This document shows positions 29,156 through 40,359 of a stretch of DNA of 64,000 nucleotides, in pieces. Under the pieces are notes generated by a model. It ran no database searches. It saw nothing but the letters and a program-made list of their open reading frames with translations, and was not told the origin of the DNA. A program made the position numbers and the translations under genes. Source of the stretch: an uncultured delta proteobacterium (GTDB taxonomy: Bacteria; Myxococcota; Myxococcia; Myxococcales; Myxococcaceae); the NCBI GenBank assembly GCA_963771175.1, contig CAVYSY010000033.1, positions 32,001 to 96,000 on the forward strand. The letters are read 5' to 3'. Position 1 is the first letter of the stretch. Every line of letters starts with the position of its first letter.

Positions 29156-32121
29156 CTACGTGCGCCAGTGCGGGCTGGCTGAGGCGCCCCTCGGAGAGCA
29201 ACGGGGGTCGGATGCGGCCTCCGGATCCGCATTGGAGCAGGGCAGCCGCACCTCCACGCGCGTGCCCTTGCCGGGGTCACTGTGGAGGCGGATGCGGCCG
29301 CCCTGGCGCAGGACGATGCGGCGGCTGAGGGCCAGCCCCAGGCCCGTGCCCTCGCCCGCGGCGCGGGTGGAGAAGAAGGGCTGGAAGAGGCGATCCATGT
29401 GCCTCGGGCGTGATGCCCACGCCGTTGTCGCCGATGTGCACCACGGCGTCGTCGCCCTCGCGCGAGGTGGACACCTTCACCCGCCCGTCGGCCGCCCACC
29501 GCGCGCAGCGCGTTGTCCAGCAGGTTGACCCACACCTGGTTGAGCGAGCCCGGGTCGCCCAGCACCGGCTCCGCGGCACTTGTAGTCGCGCTCCACCTTC
29601 ACGCCCGGGGGCAGCTCCACGCCAGAGCGCCTGCAGGCGTGGAGTCCAGCGAGCGCGCCCAGGTCCACCGCCACCGCCGTGCTCGCCGGTGCGCACGAAG
29701 GACAGCAGGGCCTCGGCCAGGTGGCGGATGCGCTGCCCGCACTCCTCGATGAGGCTCCAGCATGGCCCTGGCCAGCGCCGGGTCCGGGGTGCCGCCGGCT
29801 CGAGGCTCTCGCGCAGCGGCAGCAGCGCGTTCATCAGCCCGTTGAGGGGGTTGCGCACCTCGTGGGCGAAGCCGCGAGGTGAGCAGGCCGGTGGCCGCCA
29901 GCCGCTCGTTCTCCGCCGCGCGCACCGCCGCGTCGCGCAGGCGCAGCTGCGCGTCGATGCGCGCGAGCAGCTCGCGCGGCTGAAGGGCTTGCCCAGGTAG
30001 TCGTTGGCGCCCATGGACAGCCCCTCCACCTTCGCGTCCACCTCCTGGCGCGCGGTGAGGAGGATGACGGGGATGTCCAGCCGTCTCCGGCGAGTGTGCG
30101 CAGGCCACTCCAGCATCTGCAGGCCGGACATCACCGGCATCATCACGTCGGACACGATGAGGTCGCGGGCCGCTCCGCCTGCGCGCAGCGCCAGCCCCTC
30201 CTCGCCGTTGGCGGCCTCCAGCACGCTGGTAGTGCTGGCCGCAGGCACGCTGCGCAGGAAGCCGCGGATCTCCGGCGTCGTCCTCCACCAGCAGCACGCG
30301 AGGCGCGTCCCGGTCGGCCGCGGCCTCCGGGGTGTCGCTCCGGCGAGGCGCCTCCAGCCGCGCCGCGAGGCCCCCGGCGCCGACGGCGCGGGGAGCAGCG
30401 CCGCCAGGTCCGGCGGCTCCGCGCGGGGACGGACGCATCCGCGGCCAGGGCAGCTCGCGCAGCTCCTCGCGCACGTGGGCGCGCCCTTGGGCAGCCGCAC
30501 GTGGAAGGTGGAGCCCTTCCCCTGCTCGCTCGTCACCTCGATGCCGCCCGCGTGCAGCTCCAGCGTCTCCTTCACCAGCGCCAGGCCGATGCCGGTGCCG
30601 CCGAAGCGCCGGGTGCCGCTCGCGTCCGCCGGGCGAAGCGGTCGAAGATGACGGGGCAGTCCTGCGCGGCGATGCCCGGGCCGGTGTCGCTCACCTCCAC
30701 GTGCACGCTGGCGTCGTCCTCGCTCAGCCGCACCGTCACCCCGCCCTGCCTGGTGAACTTGAGCGCGTTGGAGATGCAGGTTCTGGAAGACGCTCTCCAT
30801 CTTCGCCGGCGTCCACCTGGACGGGGGTCACCGGCCTCGCCCTCCAGCGCGAGCGCCAGGCGCTTCCGCTCCGCCACCACGTGGAAGGGCAGCAGCAGCG
30901 AGGCGAGGAAGCCGTGCAGCTCCAGCGGCTGGTAGCGCAGCCGCGCCTTGCCGGACTCGATGCTGGGCCAGGTCCAGCAGGTTGTTGATGAGCCGCAGCA
31001 GGCGCGAGGCGTTGCGGTCCATGGTCTCCAGGTGCTGGCGCACGGACGCGGGCAGCACTCCCCGCGTCGCGCTGCAGCAGCGACTCGAGCGTGAGCAGGA
31101 TGAGCGTGAGCGGGGTGCGCAGCTCGTGGCTCACGTTGTCGAAGAACTCGCTCTTGACGCCGGTCCAGCTCCTGCTGCTTGCGCGAGCGCGTCTCCAGCT
31201 GGGCGTTGGCCTCGGTGAGCTCGCGCGTGCGCTGCCGCCACCCGGTCCTCGAGGGCCAGGTTGATGCGGAACATGTCGCTGTAGCGCTGCTGCAGCTCGC
31301 TGAGCGAGCTGCATCAGGCCCTCGTTCTGACCGGCCAGCAGCTCGTCCTTGCGGCGCAGCTCCCCGCGCGCGTCCAGCCAGGCCCCGAAGGAGGCCCCAC
31401 CCAGCGCCAGCGTGGGCACCATGACGGTGGCCGGCGCCACGTCCACCATTCCCACGCCCAGCCCGCCCACCGCGCCCGACACCAGGCCGATCACCGACCA
31501 CCAGCTCCGCACCGGGTTGGTCCACCGCACGTGGTAGCGGCAGCAGTCCGCGCCGTTGATCTGGCACTGGTACTCCACCACCTCCGCGGGCGGGCGCTTC
31601 CAGATGGTGGGGATGGAGGCGAACTGCGCCATCCGTCCCTCGCACAGGTTGCGGTTGGACTCGGGGATGTGGCTCTTGTACGAGAGCTCCATCGAGTTGA
31701 AGCCGAGCTTCTCGATGATGAAGGCGCCCGCCCGGTTGAAGGTGGGCTGCAGCTCCACCATCTTCCGATACGTCTGCGCCGGGTTGCCGAAGGTGCGCAG
31801 GATGTGGAAGAGGAAGCCGAGCGCCTGCGGGCTGGCGGTGAGCATGCCCGCCTTGCGCATGAAGGCGGGATCACCGGACTCGGTGATGAGCGCGTCGATG
31901 ATGCGCTCGATGAAGTTCAACGAGACGAAGTTCGTCATCGTCGTGACGTACTCGAGCGACAGGCTGAAGCCCCTGCGCCGCCACATCTCGACGAGTCGCT
32001 CGCGACCGTACTCCCGCTCGAAGAAGAGCAGCAGCACGCCCACGGCGCGCACGCCCAGCTCGGGCGCGTCGTCCGGAGTCTGGGCCACGGGCGTGGGGAG
32101 TGGAATCGTCGTCTCCGTCAA
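29156..32121 (-). CDS. Hybrid histidine kinase: V4R-like sensor, TM, HisKA/HATPase, REC, second HisKA/HATPase (frameshifted as assembled)
   Basis: CQINGADCCRYHVRW; NVSHELRTPL; SNALKFT, GGTGIGLAL; DLIVSDVMMPVMSG...LTAR...YLGKPF; FAHEVRNPLN; QVWVNLLDNAL, GEGTGLGLAL. TTG start overlaps the methyltransferase stop. Confidence 0.85.
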
Positions 32122-32912
32122 GGCTTCCTGCCCTCCGTCACCAGCAAGACGGAATACTTCAGTGCGTCGGGGTCACACAACAGATCCATGTAGGCACGGC
32201 TGAACGCCCGGTATGCCTCCACGCCCTCGAAGAAGGGCGCCGCCACGGGCTCCAGCGTCCGCAGGCGGATGTCCCAATCCTCTACCAGCCGCGCGTCCGC
32301 CTTCCCGGCGACGACCCACAGAGGAGCCAGATGCACCCGGACGTCCACCAGACCCGCCCGACGGAAGAGGTAGTACATCTTCCGCCCTACATGAATGTCG
32401 AAGCCGGTGGCTGTGGTCATGGCACCCACCAGCTTGGGGAAGCCCTCCTGGACGAGGGCAGGACAGGGCCAGTTGAACATGCCCACCCCGTCCACCTCGG
32501 AGACCACCACCCGGCCGCCGCTGCGCGTCACGCGGAGGAGCTCGGCGAGCGCCGGCTCGGGCTGTGGGAGGTACTCGAAGACGAACTGGCTCCACACGTA
32601 GTCGAAGGCGGCGTCCGGAAGCCCGCTGGCGCGGAGGTCCGCCTCCAGGAAACGGCAGTTGCCCAGGTAGGCGCACCGGGCGCGCGCCTCCGCCAGGCGT
32701 TGGGTGTTGAAGTCCAGCCCCACCACGCTGCCCTTGGGCCCCACCTGGGTGGCCATCACCTCGGTGATGACGCCCGGCCCACAGCCGACATCCAGCGCGA
32801 CCTGGCCCTCGGAGAGGCCCGTGGCCCGCAGGTGCTCCAAGACAGGGTTGGCCTGGGCCTGGGCCACCAGGCGACGCGCCTCCGCGTCGGACTCCATCAC
32901 GTAGGCAGTCAA
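32118..32912 (-). CDS. Class I SAM-dependent methyltransferase
   Basis: ALDVGCGPG, VGLDFN, FDYVWSQFVFEYL, LLRVTRSGG; TTGA overlaps at both ends. Confidence 0.9.
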   Translation of the reverse strand: MTAYVMESDAEARRLVAQAQANPVLEHLRATGLSEGQVALDVGCGPGVITEVMATQVGPKGSVVGLDFNTQRLAEARARCAYLGNCRFLEADLRASGLPDAAFDYVWSQFVFEYLPQPEPALAELLRVTRSGGRVVVSEVDGVGMFNWPCPALVQEGFPKLVGAMTTATGFDIHVGRKMYYLFRRAGLVDVRVHLAPLWVVAGKADARLVEDWDIRLRTLEPVAAPFFEGVEAYRAFSRAYMDLLCDPDALKYSVLLVTEGRKP

Positions 32913-35318
32913 GCGGCGATGTCCTCATGAGGGGAGCGGCGAGCCGCGCGCCCCTGCAGCCGCTCGAAGAGGGCCGCCATCAGGGTGTGCCACGTCCGGG
33001 CGGTGCTGCGGTGGAAGGTCCACTCGGACACGAGGCCGTGGTCGTGGAAACCGGCCGCCTCCAGGTCCGCCACCTCGTCGTCCTCCACCAGTCCCAGTGC
33101 CGAGAGCTTGCCGTGCTCGCGGTAGTGCTGCACGCACTGGGCGACAAGAGCCTGCCGCGCCTCGGACACCCGGGGGTGCGTGGGGTCCGGCACCACCAGG
33201 GAGAAGAAGGTGGTCATTCTCCGACCAGCTCAGGCCCGGGGAGGCCTCGTTGGCCAGGGCCATGGCCAACGGCTCGTCCTCGCCCTCCACCACGAAGAGG
33301 GTGCGGCGCCGGTGCAGCCCGTGGAGGGCATAGCGCGCGGCCACCGTGGACAGCTCCGCCTCGTGGGCCAGCAGGTCGTCCGCGAGCAGGCGCACCACCT
33401 CGCCCCGCTTGCGCAGGTGCGACTCCAGCCACCGCAGGTCCTCGGGCCCCGCCCGGCGCACCCGGGGCAGGTCCGCCCGCGTCTTGCCCAGTTGCGTCGT
33501 CGGCAGCCGCATGTAGTGGAAGCGGCGCAGCTGGGTGAGCCCCTCCAGTTGCATGCTCCGGGCAATCCACCCGAAGACGCGCTCGGGCCAGCGGTTCTCC
33601 ACGCGCCAGCAGATGCGCAGGTAGTTCACGTCCTCGAGCGACTCGGCGTAGTCCACCGACAGCTCGGACAGCTCGCGCGAGATGCGCTCGCCCCGCTGGA
33701 AGGCGCGGCGCACCGCCAGGTGCTGCAGCATCCAGGTGCGCGAGTGCGTGCGCAGCCCCGAGGCATGGCCCAGCAACTGGTCGTCCTGCGCGTACAGGAA
33801 GATCTTCGCGAGGCCCTCGCCGCTGGCGGCCACGGTGCGGTGCGTGTCCTCCAATATCTGGATGTGCGGCCCTTCCTCGAAGGGGTAGTCGGGGTGGAAG
33901 AGGCCGACGGAGCGGATGAGGGCCCAGATGTTCTGGAAGGACTCGAAGCGCCCATCGCGCGCGTTGGCGCAGCGCGCCTTCACGAAGGCATCCAGGATGG
34001 CCTGGCGCGCGTCGGCCGGGACGTTGCGCAGGCGCACTCCGGCGCGGAAGGGCCGGGCCAGTTCCTGCCCGTCGGGCGTGTTGAAGGGCGAGCTGTCGCG
34101 CACCTCCGCGCTGCACCGGGCGCGACGCCCATCGGGCAGCACCAGGGTGAAGTCGTCGACGAGGAGGCCCGCGGGCAGCACGTCCCGATCCCCATCGAAG
34201 AGGAAGGCCACCCCCGACGTGTGGAGATCCAACACGGGGCGCTCGATCTGCTGCCCGGTGAGCGGCGACGTGAAGGAGATACCGAAGGGCGCCTCCCCAC
34301 CCGTCTTGAAGCGCATGTGGTTGCGCCGGTGGAACAGCGACAGGCTGCGTGGCAGGGAGAGCAGCAGGCCGTCCTGATCCACCGCGACCACCGCGGACCA
34401 GCCCCGGTAGCTCTTGCCGCTGAGATCGAAGACGACGTGCACCACGTCGCCGAGCGCCGCCTCCCAGTTCCGGGGCAGCGCGCAGCGCAGCAGCATGTGC
34501 TCGCCATGGGGGACGAGCCGCGCGCGCAGCTCCTCCTGGACGCGCACGCCCTGCATCAACGTGCACTGGAGCGTGTCGCGCTGGCGCAGCGCCCGCCGCA
34601 GCACCGCGAGGATGCGGACCCGATCATCCAGGGTCGCCATCTCCACGTAGCCGATCGTGGCGCTCGGCCGTTCAATCTGGATGCCCACCCGGAAGAAGGC
34701 GTCATCCGAGGCCCGCTCCAGGCCCACATGCCGGACGAAGGCGCCACTGGTGCGCAGCACGGTGCGGCCCGCCTGCTCGAGCCGGAAGTCGGTCAGCCGC
34801 GTGCCGGGCGTCATCCGCTCGATGGGGGCATCCACCAGCACCTTGAGCTGACAGCCCTCGTTGCTCAGGTCCAGGCACACCGCGCGCAGCAGTGAGTCGT
34901 CGACGACGAAAGAGGCCTCCAGGCCCACCGCCGGCATCCGCCGGGAGCTACGCTCGCGCAGCAACGCCCCGAGGCTCCGGCTCAGGCTCTCCAGCGAGGC
35001 CGCCGTCAGATCCACGGTGTGGAACTCGTGGCCCTCGGACGCCACCTCCACCAGTTCCTGCATCGTCTCCGCCTGCGCGCCGGGGCAGAGGAACACGCGC
35101 AACGCTCGGGGGGCCAGGCGCTCGAGGGCCAGGATGAACTTCCTCGCACCCACCGCGTCCGCCAGGATGATGTCGGGCACGCCCTGCGCGAGGGTGCGGG
35201 TGGCGTCATCCCGGGAACTGACGGCGACGATCCTCCTGGGGGCCAACGCCTCGGCAAGCCCCGCGCGGAGCTCCGGGTCCGGGTGGACGATCAACACCGA
35301 CTGCTCGTGCGAGACCAC
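32909..35318 (-). CDS. Degenerate receiver + two PilZ-like domains + GNAT-like C-terminal region (one frameshift near 33217)
   Basis: AGGAGG then GTG 35318; VLIVHPD...DIILAD; RSSRR...DLSNEG and RNHMR...DLHTSG; LGHASGLRTHSRTWMLQHLAVRRAFQRG. GNAT call is tentative. Confidence 0.7.
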
Positions 35319-35642
35319 CGCCACCTCCTGCTGAGAGTCGCGCTCCGAGCGCTTCGCGGGCCTGCCATCCACTCGCATCAGCCCTCTTGCTGGGGGGGTT
35401 GCCAGAGAGCCAACATCTCGCGTCGACGGTAACAGCCCTCTTCCTGGAAGAAAAGCCGTGACCTCTCGGTAGCACCGACTGGTCAATAGACTTCAACGAC
35501 AGCTTTTCCTCGAATCGTGCGTCGAGAGCATGCGAAGGACCTTCGAGCAGTGCCGGCGGCCACGCCTTCTTCCTCGCTGGGGAGACAAGCGAGTGCTGGC
35601 CTCGCTCGATGGAGCCGGTTAAATGAGCGGGAAGGAGACGCG

Positions 35643-36575
35643 ATGGGCGCCCAGGTGGACTACGAGCGGGAAATCAACGAGCTGAAGCGGAAACTCAACG
35701 CCGTCATCCTCGCCCACTACTACCAGGAGAGTGAGATCCAGGACGTGGCCGACTTCGTCGGCGACAGCCTGGCGCTCGCCCAGGCCGCGGCGAAGACGAA
35801 GGCGGACGTCATCGTGTTCTGCGGTGTCCACTTCATGGCCGAGACGGCGAAGATCCTCAACCCCGCCCGCCAGGTGCTGCTGCCGGACCTGAAGGCGGGC
35901 TGCTCGCTCTCGGATCGCTGCCCTCCGGCGGCCTTCCGGGCCTTCAAGGAGAAACACCCGGATCACTTCGTGGTGAGCTACGTGAACAGCTCCGCCGCGG
36001 TGAAGGCGATGAGCGACGTCATCTGCACGTCCTCCAATGCCGTGAAGATCGTCAACCAGGTGCCCAGGGACAGGCAGATCCTCTTCGCGCCGGATCAGCA
36101 CCTGGGCCGCTACGTGATGCAGCAGACCGGCCGGGACATGGTGCTGTGGCCGGGCAGCTGCATCGTCCATGAGATCTTCAGCGAGAAGCGCCTGGTGCAG
36201 CTCAAGGTGCAGCACCCCGAGGCCGAGGTGGTGGCGCACCCCGAATGCGAAGCGGCGGTCCTCCGGCATGCGGACTTCATCGGCTCGACCAAGGGGCTGC
36301 TGGACTACGTGGTGAAGAGTCCCAAGCGCGAGTTCATCGTCGTGACGGAGGCGGGCATCCTCCACCAGATGAAGCGGGGCGCCCCGGAGAAGACGTTCAT
36401 CCCCGCGCCTCCGGACAATGGTTGTTCCTGCAACGAATGCCCCTACATGCGGCTCAACACGATGGAGAAGCTCTATCAGTGCATGAGGGACCGCACGCCG
36501 GAGCTGACGCTGCCGACGGAGCTGCAGTCCGCCGCGCTGGCGCCGCTGCAGCGGATGCTCGACTGGTCACAGTGA
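35643..36575 (+). CDS. nadA: Quinolinate synthase
   Basis: [78 protein letters not shown]. Confidence 0.97.
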   Translation: MGAQVDYEREINELKRKLNAVILAHYYQESEIQDVADFVGDSLALAQAAAKTKADVIVFCGVHFMAETAKILNPARQVLLPDLKAGCSLSDRCPPAAFRAFKEKHPDHFVVSYVNSSAAVKAMSDVICTSSNAVKIVNQVPRDRQILFAPDQHLGRYVMQQTGRDMVLWPGSCIVHEIFSEKRLVQLKVQHPEAEVVAHPECEAAVLRHADFIGSTKGLLDYVVKSPKREFIVVTEAGILHQMKRGAPEKTFIPAPPDNGCSCNECPYMRLNTMEKLYQCMRDRTPELTLPTELQSAALAPLQRMLDWSQ

Positions 36576-36677
36576 GGGGTTGACGCACCGCGCTGTCTGT
36601 CGCGGGAGTGGCAATTCCGCCACCGCGCCGCATTCGTGCCTTGCACTGGGGACAACCCGGTGCGATCTGGAGCCATC

Positions 36678-37259
36678 GTGGGTTTCCGATTCGTCGCCAT
36701 CCCTAGCCACCGCGTGGTGGCACATCCTCAGTCCCTCCCCTCGGACGAACGGCTCGAACCGGAGCTGCCGCCGTTGCACGAGGCGGTGGAGCGTGCGTTC
36801 GCGAGCGCCGAGTTCCGAGACGTGAAGGCAAAGGACCGGCTGCGTGCCCTGCTGAAGGGGGACCTGCCACCCAACCTGGGCAGCCCCGCTGCCGGGTTCG
36901 GCCCCTCCGCCGTCTTCGCCCAACCGCCCCAGGATCTGCCCGCGCTGCTGCGGCTGGCCGATGAGCTGGAGTCGCTGGCCAAGCGCGAGGCCGGAGAGCG
37001 GGCACTCGTCTGGAAGTGTGGCGAGTGCAACGCCCGCTACGCCGTGCCGGTGGCGCTGGCACGCTCCGTGTCCATCCGCTGCGAGCGCTGCGGCAGCCCC
37101 GTGGAGCTCAACCCGCAGCGCAGCCTCGGCGAGGAGTCGCTCATCGACCCGTTCCTCGGGGCGGTGAACGGCGCCCGCCACGAGCTGGCCACCTTCTTCC
37201 GCGAGGCCATGGCCCGCGGCTGGCCCGTACTCGTGTCCACCGAAGACACCGGCTCCTGA
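36678..37259 (+). CDS. Hypothetical protein with zinc-ribbon insertion
   Basis: WKCGECNARY...IRCERCG; GGAG upstream of GTG. Confidence 0.7.
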   Translation: MGFRFVAIPSHRVVAHPQSLPSDERLEPELPPLHEAVERAFASAEFRDVKAKDRLRALLKGDLPPNLGSPAAGFGPSAVFAQPPQDLPALLRLADELESLAKREAGERALVWKCGECNARYAVPVALARSVSIRCERCGSPVELNPQRSLGEESLIDPFLGAVNGARHELATFFREAMARGWPVLVSTEDTGS

Positions 37260-37337
37260 GCCGAGGGGGGGCTCATTGGGCGCCCGGGGGTGAAAGTCGT
37301 TCCCGGGTCGCTCGTGCGGCGCTACCCTGTGTTGGCC

Positions 37338-38138
37338 ATGCAACGCGCCATCCTCCAGCTTCTGCGCTGCCCCCGATGTCGGCGCGGCGGGTTGCGGCCA
37401 GAGACGGACACCGCCGAGCTCCTCTTCGGGCCACTGCACTGCTCCGAGTGCCACGCCAGCTACCCGGTGGCCGAGGGTGTGGCGGATCTCGTCGCGGAGC
37501 CCGCCTCGAGCGCCCTGGCGCAGCGGGGCATGGAGCAGCGCCTCATCGCCCGCTCCTACGAGCGCTACGTGCGCCCCGCCCTCCAGCGCGCCCTCTCCGC
37601 GCCGCCCCTGGACCGCGACAGCGAGTACCTGCTGTATCGCTCGCTGCTCGGCCACCCGGAGGCACCGGTGTTGGATCTCGGTACGGGCACCGGCCTCTTC
37701 GCCCGGCGGCTGGCGCGCGAGCCGGGCCTGCCGCCCGTGGTGGGCATGGACGTGTCCAAGGCGATGCTCGAGGAGTCCGTGGCCCTGGCCCATGAGGACG
37801 GGGTACGGGTGGACCTGCTGCGCGCCGAGGCGCCCTACCTCCCCTTCCAGGACGGCTCGCTCGGAGGGGTGCTGCTGGCCCACTCGCTGCACTTCATCGC
37901 GGATCTCGGCCGACTGCTGCTGGAGGTGGCCCGCGTGCTGCGTCCGGGCGGCCGCTTCGTGGCCAGCACCTGGATACCGCCAGGACGGGCCACCACCTTC
38001 GTCCAGCGCACGGCCGGCCTCCACCCTCGCGAGGAGGAGGAACTCAAGGACGCGCTGGCCGCCGCCGGCCTGGGGAGCTTCGCCCGGATTCGGCTGCCGC
38101 CTCTCCTGGTGATGAAGTCCGAGAAACCGGTCAGATGA
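37338..38138 (+). CDS. SAM methyltransferase with N-terminal Trm112-like Zn module
   Basis: LLRCPRC...LHCSECHASYPVAEGVADL; VLDLGTGTG; VARVLRPGG. Confidence 0.85.
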   Translation: MQRAILQLLRCPRCRRGGLRPETDTAELLFGPLHCSECHASYPVAEGVADLVAEPASSALAQRGMEQRLIARSYERYVRPALQRALSAPPLDRDSEYLLYRSLLGHPEAPVLDLGTGTGLFARRLAREPGLPPVVGMDVSKAMLEESVALAHEDGVRVDLLRAEAPYLPFQDGSLGGVLLAHSLHFIADLGRLLLEVARVLRPGGRFVASTWIPPGRATTFVQRTAGLHPREEEELKDALAAAGLGSFARIRLPPLLVMKSEKPVR

Positions 38139-38499
38139 AGATGCCGGCCGAGGCGTCGAGGCGCGCCTTCTGGACCTCGGGCGAGTAGCCCTCGGCCTTC
38201 AGCGGCGCCACCACGTCCTGACGGGGCTTCTTGCACTTGGGGCACTCGCACGTGCCCTTCTTGCAGGTGCAGTCCGCCGCGCTGCTACACTGGCACTTCG
38301 CGGCGTGCGACTCGCCCGCCTTGTCCGTCTTCGCCGGGGTCGTCTCCACCGAGACCGCCTTCTCCGGCGAGCCCGGCAACACCGCCGAGGGCGGCACGTC
38401 GGCCTTGGAGTGGTGGCCCTCGCAGGCCGAGGCATCACCCGACGTCCACAGCACTCCGCCCACCACCACCGCCGCCAACGTCATCCCGATGCGCTTCAT
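38131..38499 (-). CDS. Small exported Cys-rich protein with a metallothionein-like motif
   Basis: Signal peptide MKRIGMTLAAVVVGGVLWTSGDASA; CQCSSAADCTCKKGTCECPKCKK; GGAGG upstream. Confidence 0.65.
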   Translation of the reverse strand: MKRIGMTLAAVVVGGVLWTSGDASACEGHHSKADVPPSAVLPGSPEKAVSVETTPAKTDKAGESHAAKCQCSSAADCTCKKGTCECPKCKKPRQDVVAPLKAEGYSPEVQKARLDASAGIFI

Positions 38500-38697
38500 C
38501 TTCGAGTACCTCCCGGGTGACAACCAGGACACCCGATTCCTCTGGGGCTAGATCCTCTACCCCATATCCCAGCCTCTCCCCCCTGTCCAAACCGAGCGCC
38601 CGGTGCTGTCCACCCTCCTCCAGGGAGGGCTGCCATACGGGCGGACCTCGCGCGGCGCTCGCGACAGGGGGTGGTGCCGCATACAGTCCGCCCACCC

Positions 38698-40260
38698 GTG
38701 TCCGCGCGAACCGACCGCCTCGTCTACGCCGCCGCCCTCGTGCTGGGTGCCCTGCCGCTGTGGGTGTCCACGCATGTGCCCATGGTGGACCTGCCGCAGC
38801 ACCTCCACCTCATCTCCGTCCTGCACCGGCTGGACGACCCGACCACGCTGTACCCGCAGCTCTTCGCCGCGCGGCACGAGCTGACGCCCTACCTGGGCTA
38901 CTACTACCTCGTCAGCCTGCTCAACTGGCTACTGCCGCTGGACGTGGCCAACCGGCTCTTCCTCTCGGCCTACGTGGTGGGCCTGCCCCTGTCTCTCGCC
39001 TTCCTGCTGCGAAGCCTCGGGCGGCCCGCGTGGCCCTCGCTGCTCGCCCTGCCGCTGGCCTACGGCGACAGCTTCGGGTGGGGCTTCATCAACTACCTGG
39101 CCTCGCTGCCCCTGGCCCTCCTCTGCTGCGGCCTCTTCGTGCGCGCCCTCACCGACACCGGCCGACGCCGCGCCTGGGCCGCCGGGCTGGCCGTGTGCCT
39201 CGTCTCCGTGCTGCTCTTCCACGTGCAGTCCTTCGCCTTCCTCGGGCTCGCCCTGCCCTGGCTGCTCCTCACCACGCGCGTGCCCGAGGACGTGGGCGCC
39301 CAGGGCCTCGCGGCGCGGCTGCGGCCCCGAGTGCCCGCGCTCGCGGGCGTGGTGCCCGGCGTGGGACTCTTCCTCTCGTGGGTGGTGCTGCGCCTGGGCC
39401 AGCCCTCCGAGGTGGAGCCCGGCTCCCCCTGGAAGGCCTGGGGCCCCATGCTGTCGCCCCAGAACCTGTCCTGGAAGAGCTTCGAGCAGAACCGCGCCGA
39501 GCTCCTCGAAGTGCTCGCCAACCTCCTCCGGGATGGCTCGGACCGCTGGCCCCTCTACGCGGTGGGCGCGGTGGCGCTGGCCGCGCTGGTGCTGGGCCTC
39601 GTGCGCGGTGCGCCCCGCACCGAGGGCCCCGTGGCACGCTTCCGCCTGCTGGGGCTCGTCGTCCTCGCGCTCGGCTTCTTCTTCCTGCTCCCCTTCGACA
39701 TCCGCGGCTACATCTACTACCTGAACACCCGTTACGCGCAGCTCGCCGCCGTGCTCGCCGTGGCGAGCCTGCCCGTGGCCCAGCCCGCGCTGCGGCGCCC
39801 GCTGCTGTGGGCCAGCGCCGCCTGTGCCCTGCTGCTCGCCTTCGTGCTGGGCCAGGGCTTCCGCGCCTTCTCCCGCGAGGCCGCCGAGTGGGATGCCCTC
39901 GTGGAGGCCACCGCGCCCAGGCCCCGGGTGATGGGGCTCGTCTTCGACAGCGGCTCGCGCGTGGTGCGCCACCCCGTCTTCCTCCACGGCGCCGCGGAGC
40001 TCGCCCGCGCGCGCGGGGGCAGCACCAACTTCAGCTTCGCCCTCACCCCCCACTCGCCGCTGCGCTACCGCGGCGCGCCCCCGCCCACCTTCCCCTCCGA
40101 GTGGCGGCCGAATGACTTCGACTACGCCGCGCAGGGGCCCGCCTACGACCACTTCCTCGTCCGTGGCGTCCACCCCTCGCGCATCTTCGGCGCCCGGCTC
40201 CAGCAGGAGCTGGCCGTGGCCGCCCAGGCCGGGGAGAGCTGGCTGGTGCGCCGCCGCTAA
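38698..40260 (+). CDS. Polytopic membrane protein, possibly GT-C glycosyltransferase-like
   Basis: More than 10 TM helices; first-loop PMVDLPQH; GWGFINY; soluble C-terminal domain. Confidence 0.6.
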   Translation: MSARTDRLVYAAALVLGALPLWVSTHVPMVDLPQHLHLISVLHRLDDPTTLYPQLFAARHELTPYLGYYYLVSLLNWLLPLDVANRLFLSAYVVGLPLSLAFLLRSLGRPAWPSLLALPLAYGDSFGWGFINYLASLPLALLCCGLFVRALTDTGRRRAWAAGLAVCLVSVLLFHVQSFAFLGLALPWLLLTTRVPEDVGAQGLAARLRPRVPALAGVVPGVGLFLSWVVLRLGQPSEVEPGSPWKAWGPMLSPQNLSWKSFEQNRAELLEVLANLLRDGSDRWPLYAVGAVALAALVLGLVRGAPRTEGPVARFRLLGLVVLALGFFFLLPFDIRGYIYYLNTRYAQLAAVLAVASLPVAQPALRRPLLWASAACALLLAFVLGQGFRAFSREAAEWDALVEATAPRPRVMGLVFDSGSRVVRHPVFLHGAAELARARGGSTNFSFALTPHSPLRYRGAPPPTFPSEWRPNDFDYAAQGPAYDHFLVRGVHPSRIFGARLQQELAVAAQAGESWLVRRR

Positions 40261-40359
40261 CGCTCGGAGCCGGGCAAGTGTGGGCCAGTGGTCGCCGCCT
40301 CGCGCGTGCCACGCCCCCCGGCCTCACCGCGCCGCGTGAGGTGCATTACATGTCGGCCC

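Noticed and set aside
26300..33220. Dense frameshifts in both POT genes, the hybrid kinase and the PilZ/GNAT gene, suggesting pseudogenes or programmed frameshifting
   Set aside because: The breaks I traced are mostly isolated extra bases with intact motifs on both sides, clustered by region across unrelated genes. This fits low-coverage long-read consensus error; read polishing would decide.
35480..35642. NAD+-type riboswitch in the nadA leader (CTTCAACGAC ... GGAGCC)
   Set aside because: Only short word matches to the motif as I recall it; I could not build the expected stems. An Rfam cmscan would settle it.
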